From the NCBI GenBank assembly GCA_964247055.1, contig OZ176051.1, positions 7,626,001-7,690,000 on the forward strand: a stretch of 64,000 bases of DNA. Direction: 5' to 3'. Made by a program: the position numbers and the translations under genes. The notes below the pieces were generated by a model. That model was not told the origin of the DNA and ran no database searches. It worked only from the letters and a program-made list of their open reading frames with translations. The DNA comes from Paragordius varius. Lineage: Eukaryota > Animalia > Nematomorpha. Positions 38,336 to 51,059 of the stretch are shown in pieces. How positions within the stretch are numbered: position 1 is the stretch's first letter; each line of letters starts with the position of its first letter.

Positions 38336-39576
38336 AGGTATATTGTCCAAAGTTTACCTAAAGAGGACAAAATAAAGTAGAAAAAACAGTCATACGGCTA
38401 TATAAAATGGAGGATAATAGAAGATTGTTGTAACAACAGCGATATAATGCCACATACTTGATAAATTTGTAAAAGATAGAACAGACTAGTAAGCTGAGAT
38501 CTGGATATAATAAATGTTTGAAAAGTTGGACAGCATGCGGGCTATTTTTGGTCAAAACTGTTGCTTGTTTAGCAGTCCAATCTGGCATTTTGCGCTTCGC
38601 ATTTCATCCTGATAAGCTTTAAGATGGGACAAGCTAATTATTTAGCTTGGTAAAAAAAATAGACAAAACAATCTTGGTTTGCCACCTTAAATGTATCTGT
38701 CAACATTGTTTTAGCCAGCGATATAAATGCCAACAAAAATCAAGTGTCCATCATAAAATATTTTTTTTAAAGATTAACAAAAAAACTGATGAAATTGGGG
38801 AGAACTAAGAAACTTTAATTCAATAGCATGTAGCGACCTCTCTCTTTGTCCTTAGACGATTTCACTTATATAATATAAAAGACAAAATATCGAATCTATC
38901 TTTAGAAAACATAATGAGTATATTTTTATATTATGAAAATTTCTAAACTCCATTCTTTTGTATTAAATTACTCGAATATAATACGATCAAAATAAGTCAC
39001 TAATAATAAAGCGTTTGGATCCGGAAATTCAATTATCATGAATTTTTGTGCTAGGTTTAAGTTGTTTTAGTTACTGTTAGTCATAAGACTGTATTGTACG
39101 GTAAATAGAACGGTCTGTTTATTACATAATTACAACACTATAAAAACTCCTCATAATATTTATTTATATGATATATTGATATTGATACAAATTTAAACTA
39201 CGGATCAAAAACAATTCCTTGCCAAAACTAAACCAGTATTCTAGGATGCCTTTAATATTGATTTTTCTTTATCAAAATCATACTATAATAAAAATAATGA
39301 TTACCTTTATTAGTGTTTCATCCAATATAATTTTGGGTTTTCTAATAATATTAAGATACTTCAAATAAATAGTATGTGATTACTTTTTCTAGATGAATTA
39401 AATTTTGTTTTGGTATAATATCAATAATAACTCCCTGTAAATCTGTCAAGTGTGGATCGCTAAGCCCTATTTATAATATAAATTTTTTTTAATTAACTTC
39501 GGGATTTATTCTTCATAATATATTTTTCATAGGGCTCTACCTTAATTAGTGCGGTAGAAACCGCGTATTTTTTAAT

Positions 39577-42500
39577 ATGATTGAAAATAGCGAGGACGAT
39601 ATCAGCGATACTTCAACCGACCTTAAGGGTACTAAATCTTATGAGTGTACATTTATCAAATTTGTTAGTAAGGAATCGGAGCTTAATTATGAAAACTCAA
39701 TTAAAGCCGAGTATACTCATCAAATGTTTGGAGAAAAGTAAGATTAATGGGTAAATTTAGGGAAATTATACATGGATATGAAAATCTTAGGATACAAATA
39801 TATACTTGTGCTTGTTGCTTATATCCATATGTCGAATTAACTTATGATTCTTGTGAAGAGGACGTATAATAACTATTATATGGTAGGCTGATGATATTTT
39901 CAATAATTTTGACGAAGTGTATGTTGATTACACTCAAGAAAAAGATGCTTTTATACAACACTTTTCCGAGTGCTCCCTACCTTTATTTGATTATACCGTA
40001 ACTTTTAATTGGAAAAGTTTTGCTTCATAATAGTTAGATAATCAATATTTGTTATATTATCAAGAAATGAACACAAAAGAGTTTTCAGTTTTCTATGAAG
40101 GCTTTCAAAATATACCTGTGTGGTTTATAGAATCGGCATGTAATATTGACACCTCTGATCGCAATTGGATATTCTACTTTTTGTAATCTTAATATAATAA
40201 GAATTTTGTTATTGCGACATCTCACATCAATATTACCATTAACATATATAATCATTCTCTATTTTATTTAACTAAAAGTTGAAAATTTAAAAAGTCTAAA
40301 CCAAGAATATGATCTATTTGACTTTTTTTATAGTTTATTTAACGACTATTGTAAATTTTATATTACAAATTTTCAAATTTATATAAATTTTGTTAAAAAT
40401 TCATTTATCAATCTATTTGTGAAAACAGAAAAGTTGAATAAAAAATATTATATAACTTTTATCCAAAACTATTTTAATTGTAAATGTTAAAACGGTTTTA
40501 ATTGCTCAATATACTAAAATTAATCATCTTTTCGATTTGTTAGGTATAAAAAATTGACACCGGGCAATAAACCATGTGCAGAGGTTAAAAATGAAAATGC
40601 ATTGATTGATTTATTTTATCATCGATTCACCAAATATTTCAATCGACCAATATATGGGGATGATCCCGTAAAAATTGACAATGATGATGAAAATATTAAT
40701 GGTGGAGAATTGAATGGTCATTTTTGTCAAGACGAACTTTCTCAAAGAATACATAAAGCCATACCCGATTATAAACTTATTGGTTATGCCAATGTGTATG
40801 AATATTATGCATTCCCAGACGGTATAAGACCGAGAATTAGTCAATTTATGATTTTGCCACCCTATCAAGGCCAATCTATGGGTATTATTTTATTAAAATA
40901 ACTTTTACATAAAAAATTATTTTGTATTCAATAAAATAAAAAATAAAAAAGAATTTTTTGGAGGGATATACTATGAAAAAAGTTGATATATTATCAATTA
41001 ATTATTGATATGAAACATGACCAATTTTTCGATTAACATTCAGTTGCATGAAAATGTAAAATTTGTAGGCAATTACCGGTAAACATTTTTAAAATGCATA
41101 TAATTTTTGATCATAGTCAAGCCATTTTTAATAATTTATTGTGTTTAGCCCCTGCTATAATATGGCCTTATAAAAGTTTATGTCCCTATAATTATTTTTT
41201 CTTGAAACTGGTCTACTTAATTATATCAAGTAGTAAATGATTTAATTCAATATTATTGGCACAGATCATAGTTGAACTAATATTTTGAATTAACCCCTGA
41301 AAAGAGGTTTAAATAATCCAACTTAAAAAGTGTTTCTGAATCAATTTACTGTAAAAATGTGAAGATCGGGCTCAGTAAAAATGCCATTTATGATATAAAA
41401 TTGTCTGATTCCATTCTATATTTTTAAGTTTAAATGTTTTGATAAAAAATATAATTATATTAGTTAAGCATAAATCCATGTATTATATAAACGGATAAAC
41501 ATACAATTCACATTTTTTATCATCAGTTTATTGCAGAAAAAATAACCAACTTGTTTCACAGTATAGTTTTGAGTTAGTCATATACGCATCTCATAAGGCT
41601 AGTTTTTATTTATACATATAATACGGACAAAATGTTATTATATTTTTTGTTATTTTTATAGTTTGTACTACATTTGTATTATTAAATTCAACTTTATGGT
41701 AAAATAGGAATAAAATATTGTTTAATAAATTTTTTTCAATTTTTTTAGGTACTTGCTTACTCCATGCAATTAATAGTTCTTACAAGGCGCAACTTGATAA
41801 ATTAGCCAAAAGCCAGGCTTCAAACCGTCTTTGTGCTAAACGGCGAAGAGTTGTCAACAAAATTAAAGATATCACTGGTAATATCTTTTAAAAAAATTTT
41901 TAAGAATATAAAAAAAAATTAATTGGGATTTAAATTTAAATAATTAGTTTGTAATTATTTTATATACTGAAAATATAGTAATATTCATGGCATTTAATGA
42001 TTGTTTTGTATCTTTTTATATAGCTGAAACACCAACACACGCATTTCAAACAATGCGTCAAAATGCTGAAATTGTTGAATATCTAAAATATATCATGTTT
42101 AAACCGGAAACAATACCTAAGCACTTATTTGAATCAACTTTTAAAGTTGTTTCAAATAAACCCTCTAATGATGATGTCCTCACTACAATATCTACCCATA
42201 TAAAAGATGGTACATATGGAAAAATCATAGAAAGCATTGCAAAAAATAATGATTTTATTACGTTTGTCAATACAATTTTCCCTATTGGACAGGTAAGCTA
42301 TGATTTTATAATTCATAAAATTTTATTATTTCTATCATATAGGATCGTATAAAAACCATTATCGATATCATGAACCGTTATTTCATAGAATGTAAATCCG
42401 ATCAAAGCGATTATGAGAACTTAATTGAAAAATATGAAGCCACCATTACTGATGACATAATCACACCTTTGATAGTAAATTTTTTATTCATAAAATCATC

Positions 42501-42660
42501 ATAGAAGGAAAATAAAAAGTTAGCAAAAGTCAATGAAAATGTCCAATTGCTTGATAGGGCCAAAATTGTAGAAACCAATAAAAATCTTATCGATGCTTAT
42601 TTGGAAGACATACAAAAAGGTGTCAACGCGATATTGCGTTTTACACAGGAATTGAAATAA
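39577..42660 (+). CDS. HAT1: Histone acetyltransferase type B catalytic subunit HAT1, 9 exons
   Basis: AEYTHQMFGE|EIIHGYENLRIQIY, ADDI, WFIESACNIDTSDRNWIFYFL, IGYANVYEYYAFPDGIRPRISQFMILPPYQGQSMG and DITAETP match HAT1 motifs (EYTHQLFGDDETAFGY, WFIETASFID, RPRVSQMLILTPFQGQGHG, DITAEDP). Introns 39738-39760 (23 nt), 39864-39886 (23), 39998-40033 (36) and a final 30-nt intron; stop TAA ends at 42660. Confidence 0.93.
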
Positions 42661-42748
42661 TGTCATTGCGTGTCATGTTATAACAAATTTATAATTTTGT
42701 TATTTAATAAATTAACAGAATAATACTATTGATTATTATTACCGTAAG

Positions 42749-42892
42749 ATAGCTAGTTAGCGGTTGTAAAGGGGTCCCTTGGCATCCCGTCGTGACCGGG
42801 TTTAGGTGTTTGATCATTGCATTGAAGGATTTTTTAAACCAGTCCCCGGCTTTTATTTTTTTGGCCTGTAGGTCTTGGGTAATCTATCTATC
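42749..42892 (+). mobile_element. Short SINE-like retroposed insertion with a 12-bp target-site duplication
   Basis: tattaccgtaag flanks both sides (42737-42748, 42893-42904). The 144-bp interior is GC-richer, has degenerate A-box-like (tagctagttagcgg) and B-box-like (gggtttag/gtttgatc) motifs, and ends in a (tcta)n tail. Confidence 0.6.
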
Positions 42893-44455
42893 TATTACCG
42901 TAAGGTTTGTCAAAGTGTCATGATTGCAAAATTAAATTTGAAGAAAAATTCAGTGTGTTTGTATTAATGATCTATTCAAAAATCAGTAAAGATTGCTTTG
43001 AAATAATTAAATTTTGCTAAACAGCGCGGGAAGTAGAAATACATTTTTGTGTAAAAAACATAATAAATGCGCATGGATGTTTAGACGAATCGCCGGTCTT
43101 TTTGGGTAAAATCCGTAACTTTAAAACATAGAATTGTAAGTGAATCTGTACATATTTTAAGGTAAAGCGCAAAGGTAAAATTTAGTCAACGTGATACGTA
43201 TGCATTATCCAAATTTTAAATTAATAATGAACCACTTTGTCTCTTTCTATCTATGTTAGATGTGATTCAAAAAAATTAGCTCTAATCTAAGCCTAAAATT
43301 AAAAACCCGATTTGCAAAAATGTTGTAATATAAAATAATTTCGTGGTAGTTTTATATGGATTTTTGAAAACTAAATTTTATTTACATATTTTGGCCTACT
43401 TATATAATTTTTATTAGGATAGAAGCATAAATTTAAATTGGACCGTTTTTTCAGTAGTATTTAAATGTCAACTTAAATATAGTCTGAGGTAGATAACACA
43501 TTTTGAATCGAAGTATTAAATATCTTCAAAAGAATTTAAGGGATTAAGCTGAATTTAAAAATATGCTCAGTACTTTTTGGCCCATTAAAATTTTTTTTTA
43601 ATTAAAAAAATCCTTATCAAACTTTATTGCCGCCATTTTTTTAACGCAACAGGGTAAATGCGATCAGAAAATGTAAATAATTAATAAGAAGCTTTTGGTT
43701 TGAGTTTAACAGCAAATACTTGTTTTTGATTTTGATATCAGTTATTCGTTTCAATCGTGTTTGGGACTGTCCTAATTTTAGACCAAGTCTCACATAAGAA
43801 CCATATTTGATAATTAATTTACTAAAATAACTTTCAAAACTGTTGTTTATTTAAAATTGAGATTTAGGATATAAAACTACCCCAAAAAGTTAAATAGGAC
43901 AAAAATATGAAAAGGTTATTTTGTTAACACAAAGGCAGATAAAGTTTATATGGATTTTAATATAATCTTAACAATATTTTCTAAAGCGAGTAAAAATAAA
44001 ATATTTTTATTTTATTGTATACTTACTTTTCAGTTTATCAGTATACGAAAAATTTGTAATCAGACTTTGCAAAAACATGTTCACAAAATCTTGGTAAAAT
44101 TGATATTCCTTAAACAATTATTTCTAAATTTATCTATCCAAAAGCAAGTACGGGAAAAATTCTTCGATTCCGTTTATTTTAAGGATTCCTGAAATCTTAT
44201 AAATTATTTATGATATTTATCCGGTGCGTGGTAATTTTTGAGCTGAAAGTGCGATCTCGAAAGCTATTAGTGTTGAACATTCCTGGTTTAGATAGAGGCC
44301 CAAAGGGTAGCAGAATTTAAATTTATATTATAAAATTATCTGAAAAATTAAATATAATTAAAAATATTAAAATATATTTTAAATATTATTTTATTGATCC
44401 TACAAATTATTTAAAAAGAATATTTGGCAATACGATTTATCATCTGTATTTATCC

Positions 44456-46339
44456 ATGGGACTTTGCAAATGCCCCAAACGTAAGGTGTCAACTTTATTT
44501 TGCTTTGAACATCGCGTAAATGTCTGTGATTTTTGTCTTGTAGAAGAACATTCTCAAGTTTTTTACTGTTAATTGTAGTGCGTTGTAAAATCATATTTAA
44601 AATGGCTTCAAGACAGTGACTATAGTCTTTTATGTCCATTATGTCAAATAAATTTATCACAATCACCCACTATTCGCTTTCTATGCTTAGGTTATTTTTT
44701 ATATATAAATAGATGTTTTTCATTTTGATTGTATCGATAAATATTTTTCCACACTTCCCGAAAATACAACGCCTAACGGATATACGTGTCCAAGTTGTAA
44801 AGAATGTATATTCTTTTCATCAAATGTTCAATCTCCTTTAGCCGATCGTTTAAGAAAACAATATTGTGATTTTAAAAATACAAAATTGTCATTTGACACA
44901 AACAAAGTAATATATTTAAATAATAGTTTTTAATTAATTCATTAACATAAAGGCAGTTGTAAATCAAAAAAATACTATTTTGCATGACGGAGGAAAAATT
45001 GAAACAAAGGTTGAAAACAATTTCAATATTTCACACAGTGGTAATTTTTTAATTTATTTTTTATGCATTTTTACGTGGCATTTTATTAGTCTTACATATT
45101 ATAATGCAAGGAACTTTTAAATAACGCTTAAAGAAAAACCTAGCTCATATCGACATTCTAATGTGACAATATGGATAAATTTATTATATTTATATGTCAG
45201 TAGAGTGTAATCTCGAAGATTTTATAAAAAAAAATATTTTTAACAAAAATTAAAATAACCATATTCAATAGATCCTTTAATTTGATAAAGAGGGATAAAT
45301 ATCCGCATCATAACTCCTATTTTGACCAAAAAATAAATTAATTATTCAGTTAATTTCAGAATATTTTTTATAATATCAAAATTTAAATTTTTTAATTGTA
45401 TTTATCTAATTATCAGGTTTTAAAATACCCAAACTATAGATCAGCATTATTATGCATAAGCCAATCCTTAAAAACGATTTGGAAAACTCATTAAGTTTCA
45501 ATAAAAGATGACTGAAACTCCCTTTTTTCAATGATTTAACCATAATGTTTTATTGACACTATTAAGATCCCTATCAATATTTATGGCATTAAGATTAACA
45601 GTAGCGTATGGCATAAAACAATATTAGTCCATAAAAAAATAAAAAATGAAGGGGATATTATGGGTATTTTTATATATAACTAGGCTTGTTTTTTAAAAAA
45701 TATTTTTTTTCTTTTATGGGCTAATAATGTTTATCATACTTGTTTTTTGTTTTTCCATTGAACATAATTTTTTACATGTTTTTTCTGCTAGATCCTATAC
45801 CTATTTTACACAAATCCCACAATGCAGAAAATAATTTATTACACGTACACAATCAAGATAACAATTACCACCTGGAAAGAAATGGTGATGTCACCTCAAA
45901 ATTTTTGTCAAATTCGGCTGTCAACTTTTCCAATGTAAATGATACCGGCGATTATGATGAAGACAGCAAAATTAAATATGGATCATCAAAGGAATCACGC
46001 AAAATTAAATTATTTTTTCGGCGATTAAATTACATTTTCAACGTACGGGGTAATTTTAATCGTCTCCTGCGTAATAAAATGTTACTTACAATCATTGTCG
46101 TGTGTTTAATGCTTTCATTTTTTATTTTCTTGTACCATAAAACACGGACTGGCACCAGTTTTGGTTTCAATGATGATGTTGACAATTTTAAATTTGCCCC
46201 ATATAATTTTGAGGAACACAACTATGCACCTCCAGATGAAATGGGAATAGATGATGTCGGGAAGGAATATCTAAAAAATCCAATGTTAGACCCTAAATTA
46301 AATCCTAATCTTGTACCTCGAAGGGGTCAACGCTTCTAA
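44456..46339 (+). CDS. ZFPL1: Zinc finger protein-like 1 (Golgi RING-type Zn finger, C-terminal TM), 5 exons
   Basis: [34 protein letters not shown]|[16 protein letters not shown]...CL|DVFHFDCI...GYTCPSC closely matches the ZFPL1 N-terminus; [21 protein letters not shown] and terminal [12 protein letters not shown]. Introns 44558-44578 (21 nt) and 44691-44712 (22 nt). Confidence 0.95.
45599..45660 (+). mobile_element. Solo end of the CAGTAGCGTATGG MITE family within a ZFPL1 intron
   Basis: cagtagcgtatggcataaaacaatattagtcc matches the reverse complement of the right TIR at 9141-9173. Confidence 0.65.
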
Positions 46340-46480
46340 TTTTGGGTTGGTATTTTAATATAATAGGCCATTGTAATTTAATATATATTATTATGTTATG
46401 CTAATCAAATAAATAAAAAGACGGATTAATTTTATGTATGTATATATTAATTGGTTTGGTTAAAAAAGTATTGAGAATAT

Positions 46481-47451
46481 ATGAAATATCCCGAAAAACT
46501 ATTAGACTATAGTACAGTCGAGCGGTATACGAATGTGAGATTAGGCTTAAGTTTTTTAATAGATTTATACCATTCGTAAAAATTTTTTTAAAAAAAATAA
46601 AGGGTCTCAAATATGCTTTTTTGATACAGTTTTGTTTAATTATAAATTCAATATTTTAGCCGTATATTTCATTCAATGGGAATGGTAGTTTATATTCCTT
46701 TTTTTCGAAATGGTCAATCGGTTGATCCCCATTTTGGAGATTACCTATACATGTACGATGTTCTAGAAAACGTTAGTTTTATTTAATATTGTCAACGAGA
46801 ACTAATACATGTTAAAATAATAATTTGAATTCTCGTAAAATCTTTTAAATTGAACTATATCCAAAATTTTCGATACATGGTAGTATTTTAATATTAACTA
46901 AAAGCAAAAGAAAATAATAATGATAAAATGTAATTAAAACAAAATTTGAAAAAAATAATTATAAATTATGATAAATTCAAAAAATGTAAAATGTGATGTT
47001 CATGTGATTTCTCTTTATTGTTTTTTTCTTGGAGTGGTAAATATTTTAAAATAATCTGTTCCTTTTAAGAAGTCTTTAGTGATCTTGTTAAGCTCTTTTC
47101 TCCTTCTGTTGATAAGGTGGATACTATATGAATACAAGCCTCCAAAATCAACCTGTCGGTACAATGTGATAACGCGATAATTTATACGAAAATTGTGTTA
47201 CCCGAAAAAAAATGTTTTCAATAATTATAGTACATGTAAAAATTCTTAAAAAGTTTATACCACCTGTTCAAAAAAGGTGGATGCATTAAATATATAACAT
47301 TGTCCTTATTCTCATATATTTTAATGTAAAATAAGCTTGACCAATATTATCAAAACCCTATTCCAATAATTTGCCCTCTTCCTTTCATAGATGCGCCAGT
47401 CGATTCCTCTTTGCTTTCAAAAATTATAGGGATAGCGCCTATTTAAATTAA
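46481..47451 (+). CDS. Candidate 4-exon orphan gene encoding a ~102-aa single-pass membrane microprotein
   Basis: Exons 46481-46524, 46660-46771, 47070-47158 and 47391-47451 join through GT-AG sites in matching phases (2, 0, 2) with pyrimidine-rich acceptors, giving MKYPEKLLDYSTVERRIFHSMGMVVYIPFFRNGQSVDPHFGDYLYMYDVLENKSLVILLSSFLLLLIRWILYEYKPPKSTCRCASRFLFAFKNYRDSAYLN*. No homologue recognised. Confidence 0.42.
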
Positions 47452-47539
47452 TATTATATGTAGATATTCGGATGGTGGAGCGCTTTTTACGGATTTTGTT
47501 TCAACAGTCGATAATTAACTAAATAAGATCCTAATATTT

Positions 47540-48548
47540 GGGGTGGGGTGATAAAAAAGTCGCACTTGACTTGTAAGCCAAGCGTGGCAGGTTGAGCAAG
47601 ATTACTTAAGCCAGCAAGCACTTAAAGATCGGTGAGAAAAAAAAACACTTGTCAAGTCTTTTGCTTATGAATGTAACAGTTTTTTGCCACCCAATTCGAA
47701 CTTTATGGAAATTTTTTTGATCATTTTTAGCTAAAATTTATGAAATAATGCACAAAAAGATAAAGAATAAATACAATATGCATTTATTGAAGTTTTTTAA
47801 ACTCACTGACACGTATCTTTGATAATATTATAGAGTTTTCTAAATGAGCCTGGTAATAATTTTTAGATTGATGAAACATTTGCCCTTAAAACACTTTTAT
47901 TTTGTTTGGAGTTCAGTTGCAAATTTTGTGGGAAGATGTATATACAATATAACATAATTATTTTTAATTGATTATAAACATTGCATTCGAAATAAATTTA
48001 TGAATAAATAAATTCTTTACATTGGATAAAAGTGAAGTTTTGCTTTTAATAAACGAAGATTTAAATTTTACAAGATTAATATTTAATTATAATTTTAAGA
48101 AATTTTCGAGAATCCAATTTTTTTTGCGGTCACTAAATTGATATATTTAGCATATTTTTATGTGCCATGTTATTTAATATTAGTAGAGTTTTTCTATAAA
48201 TTTATCCACTTTTGTATCCACCCAATGAATAGATTAAATAGCCATAATTTATCAAATTAACAATTTATAGAATTAATAAAGGTTTGAATTACATATAAAA
48301 CCTAAATTTTGTATATAAATAGTTTCCAAAATAATTTTATCCATATTTAAATCTGTCAAGTGTGCCCTACACCACACTTGCAAAATCTTTAAGTTTTACT
48401 TGAACATATGATTTTTTATCACCTCCTTATTAAGTTTTCTTGCTTGACTTAAGTCGTGTAATGTTACATTTTTTTTATCACATGAAAGCAAGCCATGGCT
48501 TGAAAAACTTGCAAGTCAAGTCAAAAAAAATTTTTTATCACCCGACCC
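47540..48548. mobile_element. ~1-kb MITE-like element with GGGTGATAAAAA termini
   Basis: ggggtgataaaaaagtcgcacttgacttgtaag (47545) is inverted as cttgcaagtcaagtc...ttttatcaccc (48543). A second copy of one arm lies at ~63565-63800 in reverse orientation. Confidence 0.75.
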
Positions 48549-48685
48549 TTGATCTAAAATAAATCAACAAAGCTGCTGTTAAAAAAATTAATTTACGTTA
48601 TGCACATTTATGCCTGCCTATTCATAATGTTGGTAATTAGTGATGCAGTGGCATGTGTGTTATAATAAACAAATTTTATCTTGAA

Positions 48686-49730
48686 CTAGCGTAAATCTCG
48701 TGCTGCGCAGCAGCACGAGGAAGTCCTTTGGACTTCTGGGGGGGCTATTTGAAATAAGGGACAATAAAATGATCCACATATGTGGATTATTTCGAAACAT
48801 TATTTAAATATGATTTTATAGGAAGTTTAAAACGGTGCATTCATACTAATATATTGTTTACTTGGGGGAAAAATAGATTTAAAAAATTATTTTTGTGGAC
48901 TTTGTTGGCATTTTACGGGGGGAGCGGGTAAAAAGAGGGCCTAAATCAAAAAAGTGAGTCGACTATGTTCGGCGCGATCAAAAATAAGTAAACAAAAATC
49001 ATATTTGAAATCGAATGGTCCAACACGTTCTCCGGAAAAATGTCTCAAACTGTTTTTACACGGGGTAGGCCCGAACTGGGGACCTAATTCCAAAAAAGGG
49101 CGAAGCTTTTGTCGGGACATTTATTGATGATTATATTTTTTCGATATTTGGAATTGATTGGGTTCATCGGTTCCGGAAACAGATCACAAAGTTACATGAG
49201 GAATCAGTTTTTAGCGGGTAGCTCCTTACCCAGCTGCTATCATCAAAGAAACGGTGGACTAAAATTTTTGCCTTTTAACAGGGAATACGTGGAATCCATA
49301 TTGAATATTTACGGTCTCATACCTAGGGCGAAAAATAGATTTAAAAAATTATTTTTGTGGACTTTGTTTTTTGAAAAAAATGGCATTTTACGGGAGGAAT
49401 GGGTAAAAAGAGGGCCTAAATCAAAAAAGCGAGACGACTATGTTCGGCGCAATCGAAAATAAGTAAATAAAAGTCATATTTGAAATTGAATGGTCCAACA
49501 CATTCTCCAGAAAATTGTCTCAAAAACACATTTTTGTGGACTTCTGTATTCATAAAAAACCCGTTTTTCACACGGGGCGGGCCCGAACTGGGGGCCTATT
49601 TCAAAAAAAGGGCGAAGCTATTGTCGGGGCATTCATTAATGATTATATTATTTCGAAGTTTGGAATGGTCTACCGGTTTTCCGGTACGAGATCACAAAGC
49701 CAGCATTTTCCATTTTTATAAATACATAGA
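48686..49730 (-). mobile_element. Non-autonomous Helitron-like element with an internal ~460-bp tandem duplication
   Basis: On the minus strand the 5' end is TCTATGTATTTATAAAAATG (49730). The 3' end is a 9-bp-stem hairpin, ctcgtgctg/cagcacgag (48697-48719), followed 7 nt later by CTAG and then T. Internal direct repeats lie at ~48865-49190 and ~49325-49700. Confidence 0.72.
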
Positions 49731-50749
49731 ATAACCAAACAAATTAATGTTGTAAGGTAATGTGACCAGATTGGCTGTTTTTCGCAGTACTGTACTTTCA
49801 GAAAAAAACTGCTACTCTACTGCGCCCACTTTTGTACTGCTTTTTGAAATTAAAAAAAATAAATATTTATCAATACATATTAATTTTTTTGTAGAAATAA
49901 ACCCATAATGGGTCATATTGCGGTAAAAAACTTTGATTGGTCTTTTTTTAATTGGTTAATAAATTTTTTCAGCTCAAATTATACATAAAATTGGATTTAT
50001 CAGTCAAACCGCTTATGATTGCAGCTTTCGCGCAGTGGCGAAACTATAAACTAGGACTCCACCGTAAGATTCAGGCTAATGGCTCTTTCACTCAGGGCTT
50101 CCACAAAAAGAGTTGCCTCAAAATTTAAAATTAACAAAATTAAATTATGAGATTTTAATAAATGTTTGATTCTGAAAGTTCATTTTTTGTTATAATTACA
50201 AACGGAAAATTATATAAACATATTATTTAAAATTTATTATATATGGCATATGATTTCGAAATAACCTGCTTCATATTAAAAATTAACAGTTTTTTCCGTT
50301 TATACTCATTAGGTTGGAGGTATGATATATCTTGTTTTTTTCCTAAACTTTAATTTTTATTAGTTTTCTTATTTTTTGCACAAACAAATTTGAGATATTT
50401 TGCCCGAAGCGTATTTGAAACTATTTTGAAGCATGATGGAAACGGTATAACGCTTTAAGATATAAAATCTTTTCAAAATCGATGATGTTTAACATTTAAA
50501 GGTTAAGAATTTTAAATTTCAGTAAAAAAACTCAATAATTTTGAGTGAAAAAACGAATAGCGTTATCGAATTATATATATAAAAAGTTATAACATCTCAA
50601 CCGCTTATATCGTTTTCATCATGCTGAAAATAGTATGAAGTACGCTTCAATAAAATTTTGTTATAAATTAATTTTTGAAAGTATGCATTAAAAATATATT
50701 TAGTTATCAAAATTTATCATATATTTAACACTTGGATACAACACATTCT

Positions 50750-51035
50750 TTTTGTCCTTCGATTCAAATTGGGGTAGTTAAATACCCCAGGCCTGTTTAA
50801 AATTAAATTTTTTAAAATATATCTAAGGAATCAAAACCGTTGCAAAATCTTGCACTTATAACATTAATAAACCGAAATATATAAAAAATTACAAAAATAC
50901 TTGATATTACTTATTTTGAGCTAAAACCGAAAGGTAAAAATTAAGTCAATGTCGTGACATGCGTGCAATGGTAAAATTGCAATATAATACAAATTAAACA
51001 GCTTTTATTTGTATCAATGTTAGATAAAAACAGCT
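50750..51035 (+). repeat. Interspersed repeat (second copy at ~53218-53490)
   Basis: gtcctt.gattcaaat.ggggtagtta...cccaggcctgtttaaaattaaatt...aaccgaaaggtaaaaatt.agtcaa...gtgcaatggtaaaattg is shared between the two loci. Confidence 0.8.
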
Positions 51036-51059
51036 TTAAATTTACGCTGAATGTTAAAT

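Noticed and set aside
38358-38720. GC-richer stretch with a 76-aa minus-strand ORF
   Set aside because: No recognisable domain, splice chain or TE hallmark.
47391-47440. Minus-strand GAIPIIF resembling the THAP-domain AVPTIF motif
   Set aside because: No upstream C2CH residues or valid splice path; the plus-strand exon model fits better.
48865-49734. ORFs 49109-49462, 49480-49734 and 49515-49721
   Set aside because: They lie in the tandem units of the Helitron-like element and differ by frameshifts between units; not protein-like.
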